From positions 829 through 64,828 of the forward strand of contig CAZAHE010000004.1 in assembly GCA_964484965.1 (NCBI GenBank): a DNA stretch of 64,000 nt, given 5' to 3'. Source of the DNA: an uncultured Acidiferrobacteraceae bacterium. Lineage in GTDB: Bacteria; Pseudomonadota; Gammaproteobacteria; Arenicellales; UBA868. The notes under the pieces are model-generated. The model ran no database searches, was not told where the DNA came from, and saw only the letters and a program-made list of their open reading frames with translations. This document shows positions 28,587 to 37,071 of the stretch, piece by piece (the stretch's first letter is position 1; every line of letters starts with the position of its first letter). The position numbers were made by a program, and so were the translations under genes.

Positions 28587-29023
28587 TTGGAAGTGTTCTC
28601 GCTCCGGTCTTCTTCGAGGTGCTGTCGCAACTTAGCGAGCGGCCTGTGAGTTCTACTATCTGTGAGTGTGTGCTCTTTTGTATAGACACCCTTGGTATCA
28701 GCAAAACGTCCGTGTTCATTATCGTGACAATAAAGGCATAAATGTTCCCAATTACTCCCGTCGGCTGGATTGTTGTCATGATCGTGATCTTTGTGGTGTA
28801 CGGTCAACTCATGCAGGTTGGCGAGGTTGAACTCTCGCCCGCAACGGCCACAGATCCATGGATGAATGTTAAGGGACTGGGCACGGTAACCACGTTCACG
28901 CGCCTCGCGTGAACGGATCGCCCGGGCCACAACCCGGTCCAGTTTGTTATCAGTATCGTGCATCGAGAGTCCGGTATTGTTACGTAATGCCGAGACAGGA
29001 GGCGGCTTAAACTTACTGAGCAT
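28583..29023 (-). CDS. yajD: YajD-like stand-alone HNH nuclease
   Basis: HPWICGRCGREF...VHHKDHDHDNNPADGSNWEHLCLYCHDNEH matches my recollection of the E. coli YajD core. Start is uncertain (ATG 29023 or 28963; the ORF-track start 29080 is a TTG). Confidence 0.75.
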   Translation of the reverse strand: MLSKFKPPPVSALRNNTGLSMHDTDNKLDRVVARAIRSREARERGYRAQSLNIHPWICGRCGREFNLANLHELTVHHKDHDHDNNPADGSNWEHLCLYCHDNEHGRFADTKGVYTKEHTLTDSRTHRPLAKLRQHLEEDRSENTSK

Positions 29024-29110
29024 GGCGAGTCTGCCACAAATTGCTTCGCACAATGATTTCTTCACTTCGCTAAACTGCAATTGTCGTCAGTTTCTGGTGT
29101 GTAACGTCTC

Positions 29111-29992
29111 ATGCGTGGCTTAAAGGTCGTCTACCTGGGTGGCAATGCGGATCTGTCAGAGCAGGTTCTACGTCGCTTGGTCCTTGCCGGTGTGCGGCTT
29201 ATGCGTGTGGTCGTGCCTGCGCCTACCCTTGTCCATCAAGGGGATTTCCCGGCGCCACTGCGTCAGCCGAACCTCCTGGTGGCGGCGTGCGAAGCACTGG
29301 ATCTCCCACAAGTGACTGTCTCTGACACAGATCAGACTGGCCTGTATGAAATTTTGTCCGGCCTGCAACCCGACCTTATTTTTAGTGTCTGTTGTCCAGT
29401 AATTCTGGCAGCGGAGATTTTGCAAGTGCCAGTTCAGGGTGCATACAACCTGCACCCGTCCCTGTTACCGGCCTACCGCGGTCCAATGCCCTTGTTCTGG
29501 CAATTTCGTGCCGGCGAGCAGTGCATGGGAATTACACTGCACCACATGACTCGTGACATTGACGGCGGGGCGATCGTGAGTCAGCGCTCTGTTAGCGTGG
29601 CTGTGGATACCAGCGCTGCCGGTGTGACCAAGGTGCTGGCTGAGCATGGCGCACACCTATTAACAGCACTGGTGCGCAATCCCGCTAGCGCACGTGTGTG
29701 TGACCGACCTCCCGTTTCCAAACGTGGCAGTTATTTTCCGTGGCCGCGACATAAAGACTTTAGGCTATGTCTTCACTGGTCGGCGGAGCGCGCCTATCGT
29801 TTTATGATCGGTACCGCATCACTTGGCATGCCCTATCTTTTAGAGGTCGACAACGTGAGCTGGATGCTTAATCGAGCGTTGTCTTTCGATCCTGATGGTG
29901 TCCAGGATCGCCGGTTGCTGTGTGATCGTGAATCGGTTCGCATTCAGTTTGCGCCGGGAATATTGTGTGCGCACGGCGCTAAACGTAGTTAA
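29111..29992 (+). CDS. Formyltransferase-family protein (Fmt/ArnA N-domain-like)
   Basis: AYNLHPSLLPAYRGP plus a downstream DIDGGAIV motif; 293 aa. Confidence 0.7.
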   Translation: MRGLKVVYLGGNADLSEQVLRRLVLAGVRLMRVVVPAPTLVHQGDFPAPLRQPNLLVAACEALDLPQVTVSDTDQTGLYEILSGLQPDLIFSVCCPVILAAEILQVPVQGAYNLHPSLLPAYRGPMPLFWQFRAGEQCMGITLHHMTRDIDGGAIVSQRSVSVAVDTSAAGVTKVLAEHGAHLLTALVRNPASARVCDRPPVSKRGSYFPWPRHKDFRLCLHWSAERAYRFMIGTASLGMPYLLEVDNVSWMLNRALSFDPDGVQDRRLLCDRESVRIQFAPGILCAHGAKRS

Positions 29993-30036
29993 CGGATACT
30001 GTCGGTCGTTGTAGCTGGTCATTTGGCGAATACGGG

Positions 30037-31053
30037 TTAGCCATACCACGCGAGTGGTGGTTCGTTCATTAGTGCTGCCTGTTCACGCAGGTCGAGAATA
30101 TGTTGTTCCCAGCAGCGTTGCGTATTGAACCAAGGGTACGCCATCGGGAAGGCAGGATCACTCCATCGCCGTGCAATCCAGGCGTAGTAATGAATCATTC
30201 GCAGCGTGCGCAGGGCCTCGGTCAGATGCAGTTCGCGAAGGTCAAATTCCCTAAATAACGTATAACCCCCGAGCAGTGCATCCAGTGATGCGGTCTGTTC
30301 CTCGCGGCTTCCTGACAAAAACATCCACAGGTCCTGCAGTGACGGACCGCACCGCGAGTCATCCAGATCAACGATATGGGGACCCTTGTCAGTCCACAGA
30401 ATATTGCCGCCATGGCAGTCACCATGAAGGCGTATCAGTGACACCCTGCCCGCGCGTTCATAACACCAGCGGACCTGTTGTAGAAGGTCTTCGACCAGCG
30501 AACGGTAAGGCAGTTCAAGTTCGGTGGGAATAAAACCTTGTTCAATGAGGTAACGATAGCCTGACTCACCAAAGGTGTCGACGTCCAACACTGGACGATG
30601 CGCGAATTCTTGCGAGCTGCCGACGTTATGCAGCCTCGCTAGGAAGCGGCCCAGTTGTTCAATCTGTTCGAGATTATCGAACTCGGGTGGACGGCCGCCC
30701 CGGTAGGGAAAGAGGGAAAAACGGTGGCTATCAAATCGAAAAAGAGTATCGCCGAGCTGGTTTCGCAGAGGAGGCACCAGTGGAATCTCGGCGTCTGCCA
30801 GTTGCCAGCTGAAAGCGTGTTCTTCCGCGATCGCCGCGTCGCTCCAGCGATTTGGCCGATAGAACTTGCTAACAATGAAGGTGCCGTCCTCGAGGCCCAG
30901 ACGATAAACACGGTTTTCATAACTGTTCAATGCCAGCATTCGCCCGTCACATCGATAGCCTTGGCTTTCGACTGCTTGCAGAATCCGATCCGGGCTGAGG
31001 TCAATGTAAGCCTGGACCGCTTGGTCTTGTTCTTCCAAGATCACCTCACTCAC
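30037..31053 (-). CDS. srkA: Stress-response Ser/Thr kinase SrkA (YihE)
   Basis: LNSYENRVYRL, LHGDCHGGNILW, IVDLDDSRCGP and DPAFP motifs, colinear with my recollection of E. coli YihE. Confidence 0.85.
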   Translation of the reverse strand: MSEVILEEQDQAVQAYIDLSPDRILQAVESQGYRCDGRMLALNSYENRVYRLGLEDGTFIVSKFYRPNRWSDAAIAEEHAFSWQLADAEIPLVPPLRNQLGDTLFRFDSHRFSLFPYRGGRPPEFDNLEQIEQLGRFLARLHNVGSSQEFAHRPVLDVDTFGESGYRYLIEQGFIPTELELPYRSLVEDLLQQVRWCYERAGRVSLIRLHGDCHGGNILWTDKGPHIVDLDDSRCGPSLQDLWMFLSGSREEQTASLDALLGGYTLFREFDLRELHLTEALRTLRMIHYYAWIARRWSDPAFPMAYPWFNTQRCWEQHILDLREQAALMNEPPLAWYG

Positions 31054-31089
31054 GCCACAGCGGGCAGTCGAATCGACCGGGTTTTAATA

Positions 31090-31485
31090 TCACTGGCCAA
31101 CAAAGGCAATTGCCTCGATCTCAACCAGCATCGTCGGCTCTGCGAGATGGGCTTCAACCGTGGTGCGCGCCGGTGGATCGTCCCCAAAGGTGCGCGCAAA
31201 AACCTCATTCATTTTTTGGAAATCAGCGATGTCCTTGAGATAAACGGTACATTTAAGGACGTCCCCTGCGCATGCGCCGCCTTCGGCGAGTACTGACAAT
31301 ACGTTGCCGAGTGTTTGTTCTGTTTGCACGACGATGTCACCGATGCCGATTACCTCTCCAGTGTCGTCCCACGCGACCTGTCCGGCGGTGAATACGAAGC
31401 CGCCACCTGCGGCACCGGGTGCGTAGGGGTAGGTGGGGCGTGGTTGAAAGTTGAGGTGCGAAGGACACAGCGTTGTTTTGGGCAT
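31090..31485 (-). CDS. RidA/YjgF-family protein
   Basis: FVFTAGQVAWD motif. ATG 31485 is preceded by AGGAGAG; the longer ORF to 31536 is unsupported. Confidence 0.8.
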   Translation of the reverse strand: MPKTTLCPSHLNFQPRPTYPYAPGAAGGGFVFTAGQVAWDDTGEVIGIGDIVVQTEQTLGNVLSVLAEGGACAGDVLKCTVYLKDIADFQKMNEVFARTFGDDPPARTTVEAHLAEPTMLVEIEAIAFVGQ

Positions 31486-31574
31486 TGATTCTCTCCTGTT
31501 ATTGCAAACACAGCGTGCCTGATTGGGCCCAGCCACGCTATGATGTGCGTGACACGTGGTCGGAGAATAGCGTA

Positions 31575-31958
31575 ATGGCCGTATTTCGGATTCACGTCAC
31601 CATACAGACCCGCTCTGGATCAGCGATCGGGCCGGGTTGGGGAAGTTCTGGTTATTTTGAGACCGAACTTGACCTGCCAGAAGGCTTGCGGCGTGAGGAA
31701 AACGTGCTGGTTGAGTTGACACGGGCCAGCGAGTTGCCACCTGATCTGCGCGCAACGGTGCGGAACCTGATCGAGGACGAATTTAACGGCACCTGGCCAG
31801 GTTCGGTAGCGCGCGGCAAAGCCAATGTATTCGTCGAGAATGCAGCGGGAGATGCGGTGGCAGTTTTTTACGATCCAGGCTTGTGGGAGATTGTGGATTG
31901 GGAAATTGTTGGAGAGCTGAAGGAACTCGATGAGATGACGCGTGAGCAGATGCACTAG
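31575..31958 (+). CDS. Hypothetical protein (127 aa, no recognisable domain)
   Basis: GGAGAA (31562-31567) lies 7 nt before ATG 31575. Composition is acidic and non-repetitive (…DPGLWEIVDWEIVGELKELDEM…). Confidence 0.4.
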   Translation: MAVFRIHVTIQTRSGSAIGPGWGSSGYFETELDLPEGLRREENVLVELTRASELPPDLRATVRNLIEDEFNGTWPGSVARGKANVFVENAAGDAVAVFYDPGLWEIVDWEIVGELKELDEMTREQMH

Positions 31959-32071
31959 GTGCGGCGAAAATAATCGATGACGTTGCAGCAATTGATCGGC
32001 CCGCTACGGATCGCGTTGAGTTGATAGGCGCCATAATAGACGCTACACCACTAAAATTCAGTAGCAACCAA

Positions 32072-32524
32072 ATGACCGATTCTGACTTTCTCAAGCGTGC
32101 TGTTGCATTCATGCATCCAGAAGATCTGGAGCAATTGTTCGTACCAAGTTCAAGCCGAGAATTTCAGGCTCTGGTACCAAACTATGCGCTCGATGAAGAG
32201 GGTGTCGACCGTGTCAAAGTACTGATGGCGACACCAAACCTCATTGTGTTCGAAGCATTTCGCCTCTCTGGTGCAATCGACCGATTGCACATGCACGCGG
32301 ATCATCATTCTATTGCCTATCAAAAGTCCGGTCGTGTGCGCATGACGATCGGATCAGCAACCTATCTGGTCGAGACAGGCGATACCTATCAACACCCAAT
32401 GGGTGTGTCACACCGGCACGAGGCACTCGAGAATTCAGTGCGGATAGAAATCAAGTTTTATCCTGATGGCAATGCAATTCAATCGTGGAACACATTGACA
32501 GGGGCTGCTGAACTAACGCCTTAG
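32072..32524 (+). CDS. Cupin-domain protein
   Basis: His-rich cupin motifs HMHADHHSIAYQKSG and GDTYQHPMGVSHRH. Start is uncertain (ATG 32072; the ORF-track start 32021 is a TTG). Confidence 0.6.
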   Translation: MTDSDFLKRAVAFMHPEDLEQLFVPSSSREFQALVPNYALDEEGVDRVKVLMATPNLIVFEAFRLSGAIDRLHMHADHHSIAYQKSGRVRMTIGSATYLVETGDTYQHPMGVSHRHEALENSVRIEIKFYPDGNAIQSWNTLTGAAELTP

Positions 32525-32548
32525 GGCGCAGTCAATACTGATAGCCAG

Positions 32549-33916
32549 TCAGCCAGCGTTGGTGTCAATATCGGGCAGTTGGTTGAGTACGTCGTCAACG
32601 AGCTCGAGGGCTTCTCCGATATAACCGGTTGGATCGAGAAGCTGGTCGATTGCCGCAGCATCGAGATGCACTGTGACACGGACATCGGCAAGCAGGACAT
32701 CGCGAAACGGTTGTTTATTTTCAAATGCCTGCGTTGCGATTTCTTGTATAACCTCGTGCGCGCTTTGTTTTCCAATCGATTGACCTAGCGCTAGCATGAC
32801 CCGTTCCGACAGCAGCAGTCCCCCGAGAAGGTTAAGGTTTGCCCGCATCCGCGCAGGGTCAACGACGAGCTGTTCAAGCACTGTTCGCATTCTCGCGAGC
32901 AGCGCGCCGCAGTAGATCATTATCTCGGGAATCGCGGCCAGTTCGATGCGCAGCAACGCAGAATACCGTTCGTGTTCCTGGAATGCGGCGTCACTCAGAG
33001 CCACTTGCTGAGCGCGGATTAGCCGCGACAGACCGATTACGAGTTCGACCATCGCCGGATTGCGCTTGTGTGGCATGGTGCTGCTACCGACCTTGCCCAG
33101 AGGGTGGGGCTCGGCGACTTCCCCAAACTCGACCTGCTGTAGTGCGTAGATCTCACGTGCAATCTTCCCGAAAGTGCCGCCGATCTGGCTGATCAAATTG
33201 GCCAGTTCAATGACGCGGTCTCGGGCCGAATGCCAGCAGATGATGGGTGCCGCAAGGCCAAGTTTGTCTAGCGCAAGAGTTTGCATCTGCCGGCCCTGCC
33301 GCCCGAAAGATGCCATAGTCCCGACCGCACCGGTGAGGTTGCCAGTGAATAAGCGGGCTTCGGCTTCGCTACAGCGCTGCAGTTGGCGTGTGATTTCATC
33401 AATCCACACCGCACACTTGTAGCCAAAGGTGATCGGCAGTGCTTGTTGTCCATGGGTGCGTCCGGCCATAGGGGTATCACGGTGTGTTCGAGCAAGACTG
33501 ACTAGAGCTTGGCGGCTGGCCTTCAGATCGCGCAGTACCATCGGCCAGGCTTGCTTGATTTGCAACACCATGCCCGTGTCGACGATGTCCTGTGTTGTTG
33601 CACCGTAGTGGACGAATTCTCCCGCGCTCGCTTCACAGATGCTCTGCAGGGCACGCACAGCGGGCACGATCGGATGGGCTGTAGCCGAGATCTGATGCCC
33701 GATCGCGACAATGTCCACGTTTTCAACACGTGCCTTGCGGCAGATTTCTTCAGCCGCGCTGCTTGGGATCATGCCGAGTTCGGCCTGTGCTTCGGCCAGA
33801 GCAGCTTCGACGTCAAACCATTTTTGAACCCGGTTGTGGTCGTTAAAGACGGCGATGAATTCGGGCGTGGAATAGGCGGCGCCGTAGAGATCGGATTCGC
33901 TGATGTGGCTAGGCAT
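32549..33916 (-). CDS. Fumarase/aspartase-superfamily lyase (adenylosuccinate lyase / 3-carboxy-cis,cis-muconate cycloisomerase-like)
   Basis: Superfamily signature GSSTMPHKRNP; 455 aa. Confidence 0.85.
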   Translation of the reverse strand: MPSHISESDLYGAAYSTPEFIAVFNDHNRVQKWFDVEAALAEAQAELGMIPSSAAEEICRKARVENVDIVAIGHQISATAHPIVPAVRALQSICEASAGEFVHYGATTQDIVDTGMVLQIKQAWPMVLRDLKASRQALVSLARTHRDTPMAGRTHGQQALPITFGYKCAVWIDEITRQLQRCSEAEARLFTGNLTGAVGTMASFGRQGRQMQTLALDKLGLAAPIICWHSARDRVIELANLISQIGGTFGKIAREIYALQQVEFGEVAEPHPLGKVGSSTMPHKRNPAMVELVIGLSRLIRAQQVALSDAAFQEHERYSALLRIELAAIPEIMIYCGALLARMRTVLEQLVVDPARMRANLNLLGGLLLSERVMLALGQSIGKQSAHEVIQEIATQAFENKQPFRDVLLADVRVTVHLDAAAIDQLLDPTGYIGEALELVDDVLNQLPDIDTNAG

Positions 33917-33937
33917 GACGGACAGGTGTGATCGCGG

Positions 33938-34684
33938 TCAGTCGTTGTGCAAGATACGTTGTGCCAGAGCTGGCGCTAGCCCACTTGACGGCTTTGCCGG
34001 CGGGCGACGAAAGGTCCCCGCAACGGGGTGGCGCAGGTCGAGACGGATAAGAGTTTCAATCTGCATGACCGCAGCCGCTGCACAATCGATGACGGGTACC
34101 GGGATGTCTTTCGAAACCGCGTTGACCAGCCCGCTCAGCGGCGCTCCGCCAAAGACGATTACATCGGCCAGATCCTCGCGCACAGCAGACTGGGCCAGCC
34201 GGACGAGGGTATCCTGCATTTCGTTTTGCACATCATCAATGGTTTCAAAATTCTCCTCTGGCATGCGGATACTCGCGAGTCGGCTGGTTAGTCGATGCCA
34301 TTCAACGGTCTCCCGATACCAAGGCGCAAGCGCCTGAGCAAAACTGACAATAGAAAAGCGTTTACCCATCATGCAGGCTGTCAGCATGCCAGCCTCCGCG
34401 AGGCCGACCACAGGACAGTCGACGAGTTCGCGCGCAGCACCGAGACCGGGGTCTCCAAAAGCGGCGATGATGGCACCATCGGCTCCTGGCGCGTGGTGCG
34501 CGAGTAATTCAATGACCACTTCGCTGGCGATCGTCGCTTCGATACGCGAGGCAATATATGGTACGCCCCGCTCTGCAGTGAGGGGGATGAGTTCGGTGTC
34601 ATGGCCGGCGGCAGCGGAGGCCGAGGCCATCAATCGGTCCGTGATACTGGCTGAAGTGTTGGGGTTGATGAGCAGAACTTTCAC
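33938..34684 (-). CDS. Asp/Glu/hydantoin-racemase family protein lacking both catalytic cysteines
   Basis: VLLINPNTS N-terminus. The expected Cys positions read IIAAFGDPGL and VIVFGGAPLSG. GTG start. Confidence 0.75.
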   Translation of the reverse strand: MKVLLINPNTSASITDRLMASASAAAGHDTELIPLTAERGVPYIASRIEATIASEVVIELLAHHAPGADGAIIAAFGDPGLGAARELVDCPVVGLAEAGMLTACMMGKRFSIVSFAQALAPWYRETVEWHRLTSRLASIRMPEENFETIDDVQNEMQDTLVRLAQSAVREDLADVIVFGGAPLSGLVNAVSKDIPVPVIDCAAAAVMQIETLIRLDLRHPVAGTFRRPPAKPSSGLAPALAQRILHND

Positions 34685-34775
34685 GTAATCTGAAACTTAT
34701 CATGCGCCCTTGCTGATAGCGACAGCGATGAGGTTTTGGTCGTAAAACTCTTCTGGCGCCTTGCTCGCGGGGGCC

Positions 34776-34800
34776 TATAATCAAGCTATGCTTGATCAAG
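34776..34800 (+). promoter_or_regulatory. Candidate -10 box TATAAT (34776-34781) followed by nested palindromes TCAAGC-TAT-GCTTGA (34781-34795) and CTTGATCAAG (34791-34800)
   Basis: Read directly. Lies immediately upstream of nuclease ATG 34801. No good -35 at 17-nt spacing (TTCTGG at 19 nt). Confidence 0.3.
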
Positions 34801-35604
34801 ATGCCGGTGACGGTAGAAATACCCTTGGTTGATCCGTTTGATCGTTTCGGCGTTGATCATCTGTCGCCGACGTCGATGCTGCAGTTCCGTAATGATCCGG
34901 CCCTGGGGATCTGTCACCTGGTTTATGGCATACGTGAAGCCGGTAGCCCGGCGATGCACCGGGGCCAGGCGCTGGATCAGGCCATTGGTGTTCTTTTGTC
35001 CGAGCAGTCGGGCGCCAGCCACGACAGTGCACTTGGTTTAGCACTCGATAAATATGATGCACTGATCGCTGAGACAGAGGAGACCTATTCACACGACGCG
35101 ATCAAGAAAGAACGTGCGGTCGTCGCCAAGTGCATGACGCACTGTTATCCGCTGATTGCCGATTGGGGAGAGCCGGTCTCCTACCAGCGCCCGATCCGGC
35201 TGATGCTCAGCAACATTGAGGTACCCGTGATTGGCTATATTGACCTTCATTATGAGGCCGAAGTGCGGGAATTGAAGAGCTCGGCAAAGCCTCGCCGCGA
35301 GATTGGCGATGATCATGCCTTCCAGGTGGTTGCCTATGCAATGGCCATTCGACAGGAGACTGGAGAGTGGCCGCGAGCAGTGGTCGATTATCTGACGCCA
35401 AGAGGTTTGAGTTCGTACCGCTTGAGTGATCGCAATCGCTGGGTACAAGAAGTCGTAGACACTGCAAACCGTATTCGTAATCTGCTCGCATCAGCTGATA
35501 ATCGAGAGGACCTTTGTCGTCAGATACGGCCTGACTTCGGTCGTTGGATCTGGCGTTACAGACCCAACGCAAAGAAACTCGCTTTGGAAATTTTTTCTCA
35601 ATAA
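34801..35604 (+). CDS. PD-(D/E)XK nuclease, RecB/Cas4-like family
   Basis: IGYIDLHYEAEVRELKS (motifs II/III, D...ExK) and QVVAYAMA (QxxxY) motifs. No C-terminal Cys cluster. Confidence 0.65.
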   Translation: MPVTVEIPLVDPFDRFGVDHLSPTSMLQFRNDPALGICHLVYGIREAGSPAMHRGQALDQAIGVLLSEQSGASHDSALGLALDKYDALIAETEETYSHDAIKKERAVVAKCMTHCYPLIADWGEPVSYQRPIRLMLSNIEVPVIGYIDLHYEAEVRELKSSAKPRREIGDDHAFQVVAYAMAIRQETGEWPRAVVDYLTPRGLSSYRLSDRNRWVQEVVDTANRIRNLLASADNREDLCRQIRPDFGRWIWRYRPNAKKLALEIFSQ

Positions 35605-35609
35605 TCGCG

Positions 35610-36986
35610 CTAGCGGTCGATGTCAGCATAAAACAACTGAATTGCGGGGTCACATTTGACATCCGCGATGCTGAGTGGTCGGTTAAAACTGATCCCCTCC
35701 AGCGTGCGGCAACGGCTGAGTGCGACATAAGCCTGGCCCGGCGCAAACATGCCGCGACCCAGGTCGATTCGGATACGATTCAAAGTCAGCCCCTGGGCCT
35801 TATGAACAGTGACAGCCCAGGCCAGAATAAAGGGAAACTGCGTGTAACTGCCAATGACTTCGCTATTTACCCGCCCTCGATTTTCGTCCCATTTGTAGCG
35901 ATATCGCTCCCATGATTCGCGCTCGACGACGACGTTAAGACCGCGGTGCGGCTCGGACAAGAGTTCGACTTCGATCGCACCATCGTCTAGATCAACAACT
36001 CTGCCAATAGTGCCGTTAACCCACTCAAGTCCGTTCTTGGTGAACATGACCTGAGCGTTTCGTTTCAGTCGCAACTCACTCGGTGAGGGTAACTGGCTCT
36101 CTGAATCCATCCATTCGCCTTCTGCTTCGCCGGTGTAACACCATATGTCCCCGGAAAGTGCGTCGAGTTGTTGCTCGTTGAAGCGGCGTGCACGGGCATT
36201 GATCGAGGTCAAGATCAGCATAGATTCGTCGTCAGGGCTCTCATTGACCAGCTCGTTGAGCATTGCCACCGCAGTGGGCAGGTTTTGACCCACGCGCAGA
36301 TCGTTCAGGATGCCAACAAAATGCTTATCGGTCTGGCGGAATGACTGTGTCAGAGTTCTCGTCACCAGCGGCAATGATTGCATGCAATAGGCACTGAAAA
36401 AATAGGGAGATTCATAGGATTCTTCAAATAGTCGTGCTTCTTCTCCTCCAGCAATCACGGGTGGCAACTGGTGCATGTCCCCTATGAGCACCACTGTTTT
36501 ACCGCCAAAGGGCACAGCTGTTTTACCGCTGTTGCGGCGTAGAGAGTCGTCGATCGCATCGAGTAGGTCTGCTCGGACCATGGAGACCTCATCAATCACA
36601 AGAATATCCATTTTTGCCACCACGTCGCGCGCAGCGCCGTGCAATTTTCGGGCTGTCGGCTGGGGTCCGGGCGCCAGCTGAAAAAAGGAATGGATCGTCT
36701 GCCCGCGTACATTGAGTGCGGCAACGCCTGTTGGTGCCAGTACTACAATATTCCGATCGAGTTCATGGCGCAGCACTTCGATTAATGTCGATTTGCCTGT
36801 GCCGGCGGATCCTGTGACGAACAGCACGGGCGGCTTCTCGAGCGACAGCAGATCGAGGATTTCCCGAAATTGCTCAGTGACTTCGAAGTCCTGTGGTACG
36901 GATGGGCGGTGGTCAGGTGAGATGTGGGCCTCCGATGTTGATTCATTTATGCCGCCTGATGCCTCCGGCGGTGCATAATTGACCAT
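35610..36986 (-). CDS. Pif1/RecD-like superfamily-1B DNA helicase
   Basis: VTGSAGTGKST (Walker A), VLAPTGVAALNV, VIDEVSMV (Walker B), IGDMHQLPPV, TVHKAQGLT and YVALSRCR motifs. Confidence 0.8.
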   Translation of the reverse strand: MVNYAPPEASGGINESTSEAHISPDHRPSVPQDFEVTEQFREILDLLSLEKPPVLFVTGSAGTGKSTLIEVLRHELDRNIVVLAPTGVAALNVRGQTIHSFFQLAPGPQPTARKLHGAARDVVAKMDILVIDEVSMVRADLLDAIDDSLRRNSGKTAVPFGGKTVVLIGDMHQLPPVIAGGEEARLFEESYESPYFFSAYCMQSLPLVTRTLTQSFRQTDKHFVGILNDLRVGQNLPTAVAMLNELVNESPDDESMLILTSINARARRFNEQQLDALSGDIWCYTGEAEGEWMDSESQLPSPSELRLKRNAQVMFTKNGLEWVNGTIGRVVDLDDGAIEVELLSEPHRGLNVVVERESWERYRYKWDENRGRVNSEVIGSYTQFPFILAWAVTVHKAQGLTLNRIRIDLGRGMFAPGQAYVALSRCRTLEGISFNRPLSIADVKCDPAIQLFYADIDR

Positions 36987-37071
36987 TCAGATATTAGCCG
37001 TCTCGCACTGCGCAGCGACAATCGCGGCTCGCGAGTTGTTGCACGGCATGTTCAAAGGGGAACTTTACTTC

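Noticed and set aside
30655-31296. 213-aa plus-strand ORF spanning the srkA 5-prime half, the intergenic region and part of the RidA gene
   Set aside because: It is fully antisense to two well-supported genes, has no SD or family motif, and has shadow-ORF composition. It is the expected artefact of GC-rich antisense frames.
35207-35746. 179-aa minus-strand ORF bridging the nuclease/helicase junction
   Set aside because: It is antisense to the nuclease 3-prime half and out of frame with the helicase 3-prime end. The sequence is Ser/Arg-rich and low-complexity, with no motif.
34801-36986. Assigning the nuclease/helicase pair to a named defence system such as Hachiman or Gabija
   Set aside because: Hachiman and Gabija use different helicase classes (large SF2 or UvrD-like), different nuclease families (DUF1837, OLD/TOPRIM) and operonic organisation. 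Here the helicase is a small Pif1-like SF1B enzyme and the genes are convergent.
36979-37071. 31-codon 5-prime extension of the second GST ORF
   Set aside because: It overlaps the helicase start codon. The paralogous GST starts at the equivalent MID(L/V)Y sequence, and ATG 37072 has an upstream purine-rich stretch.
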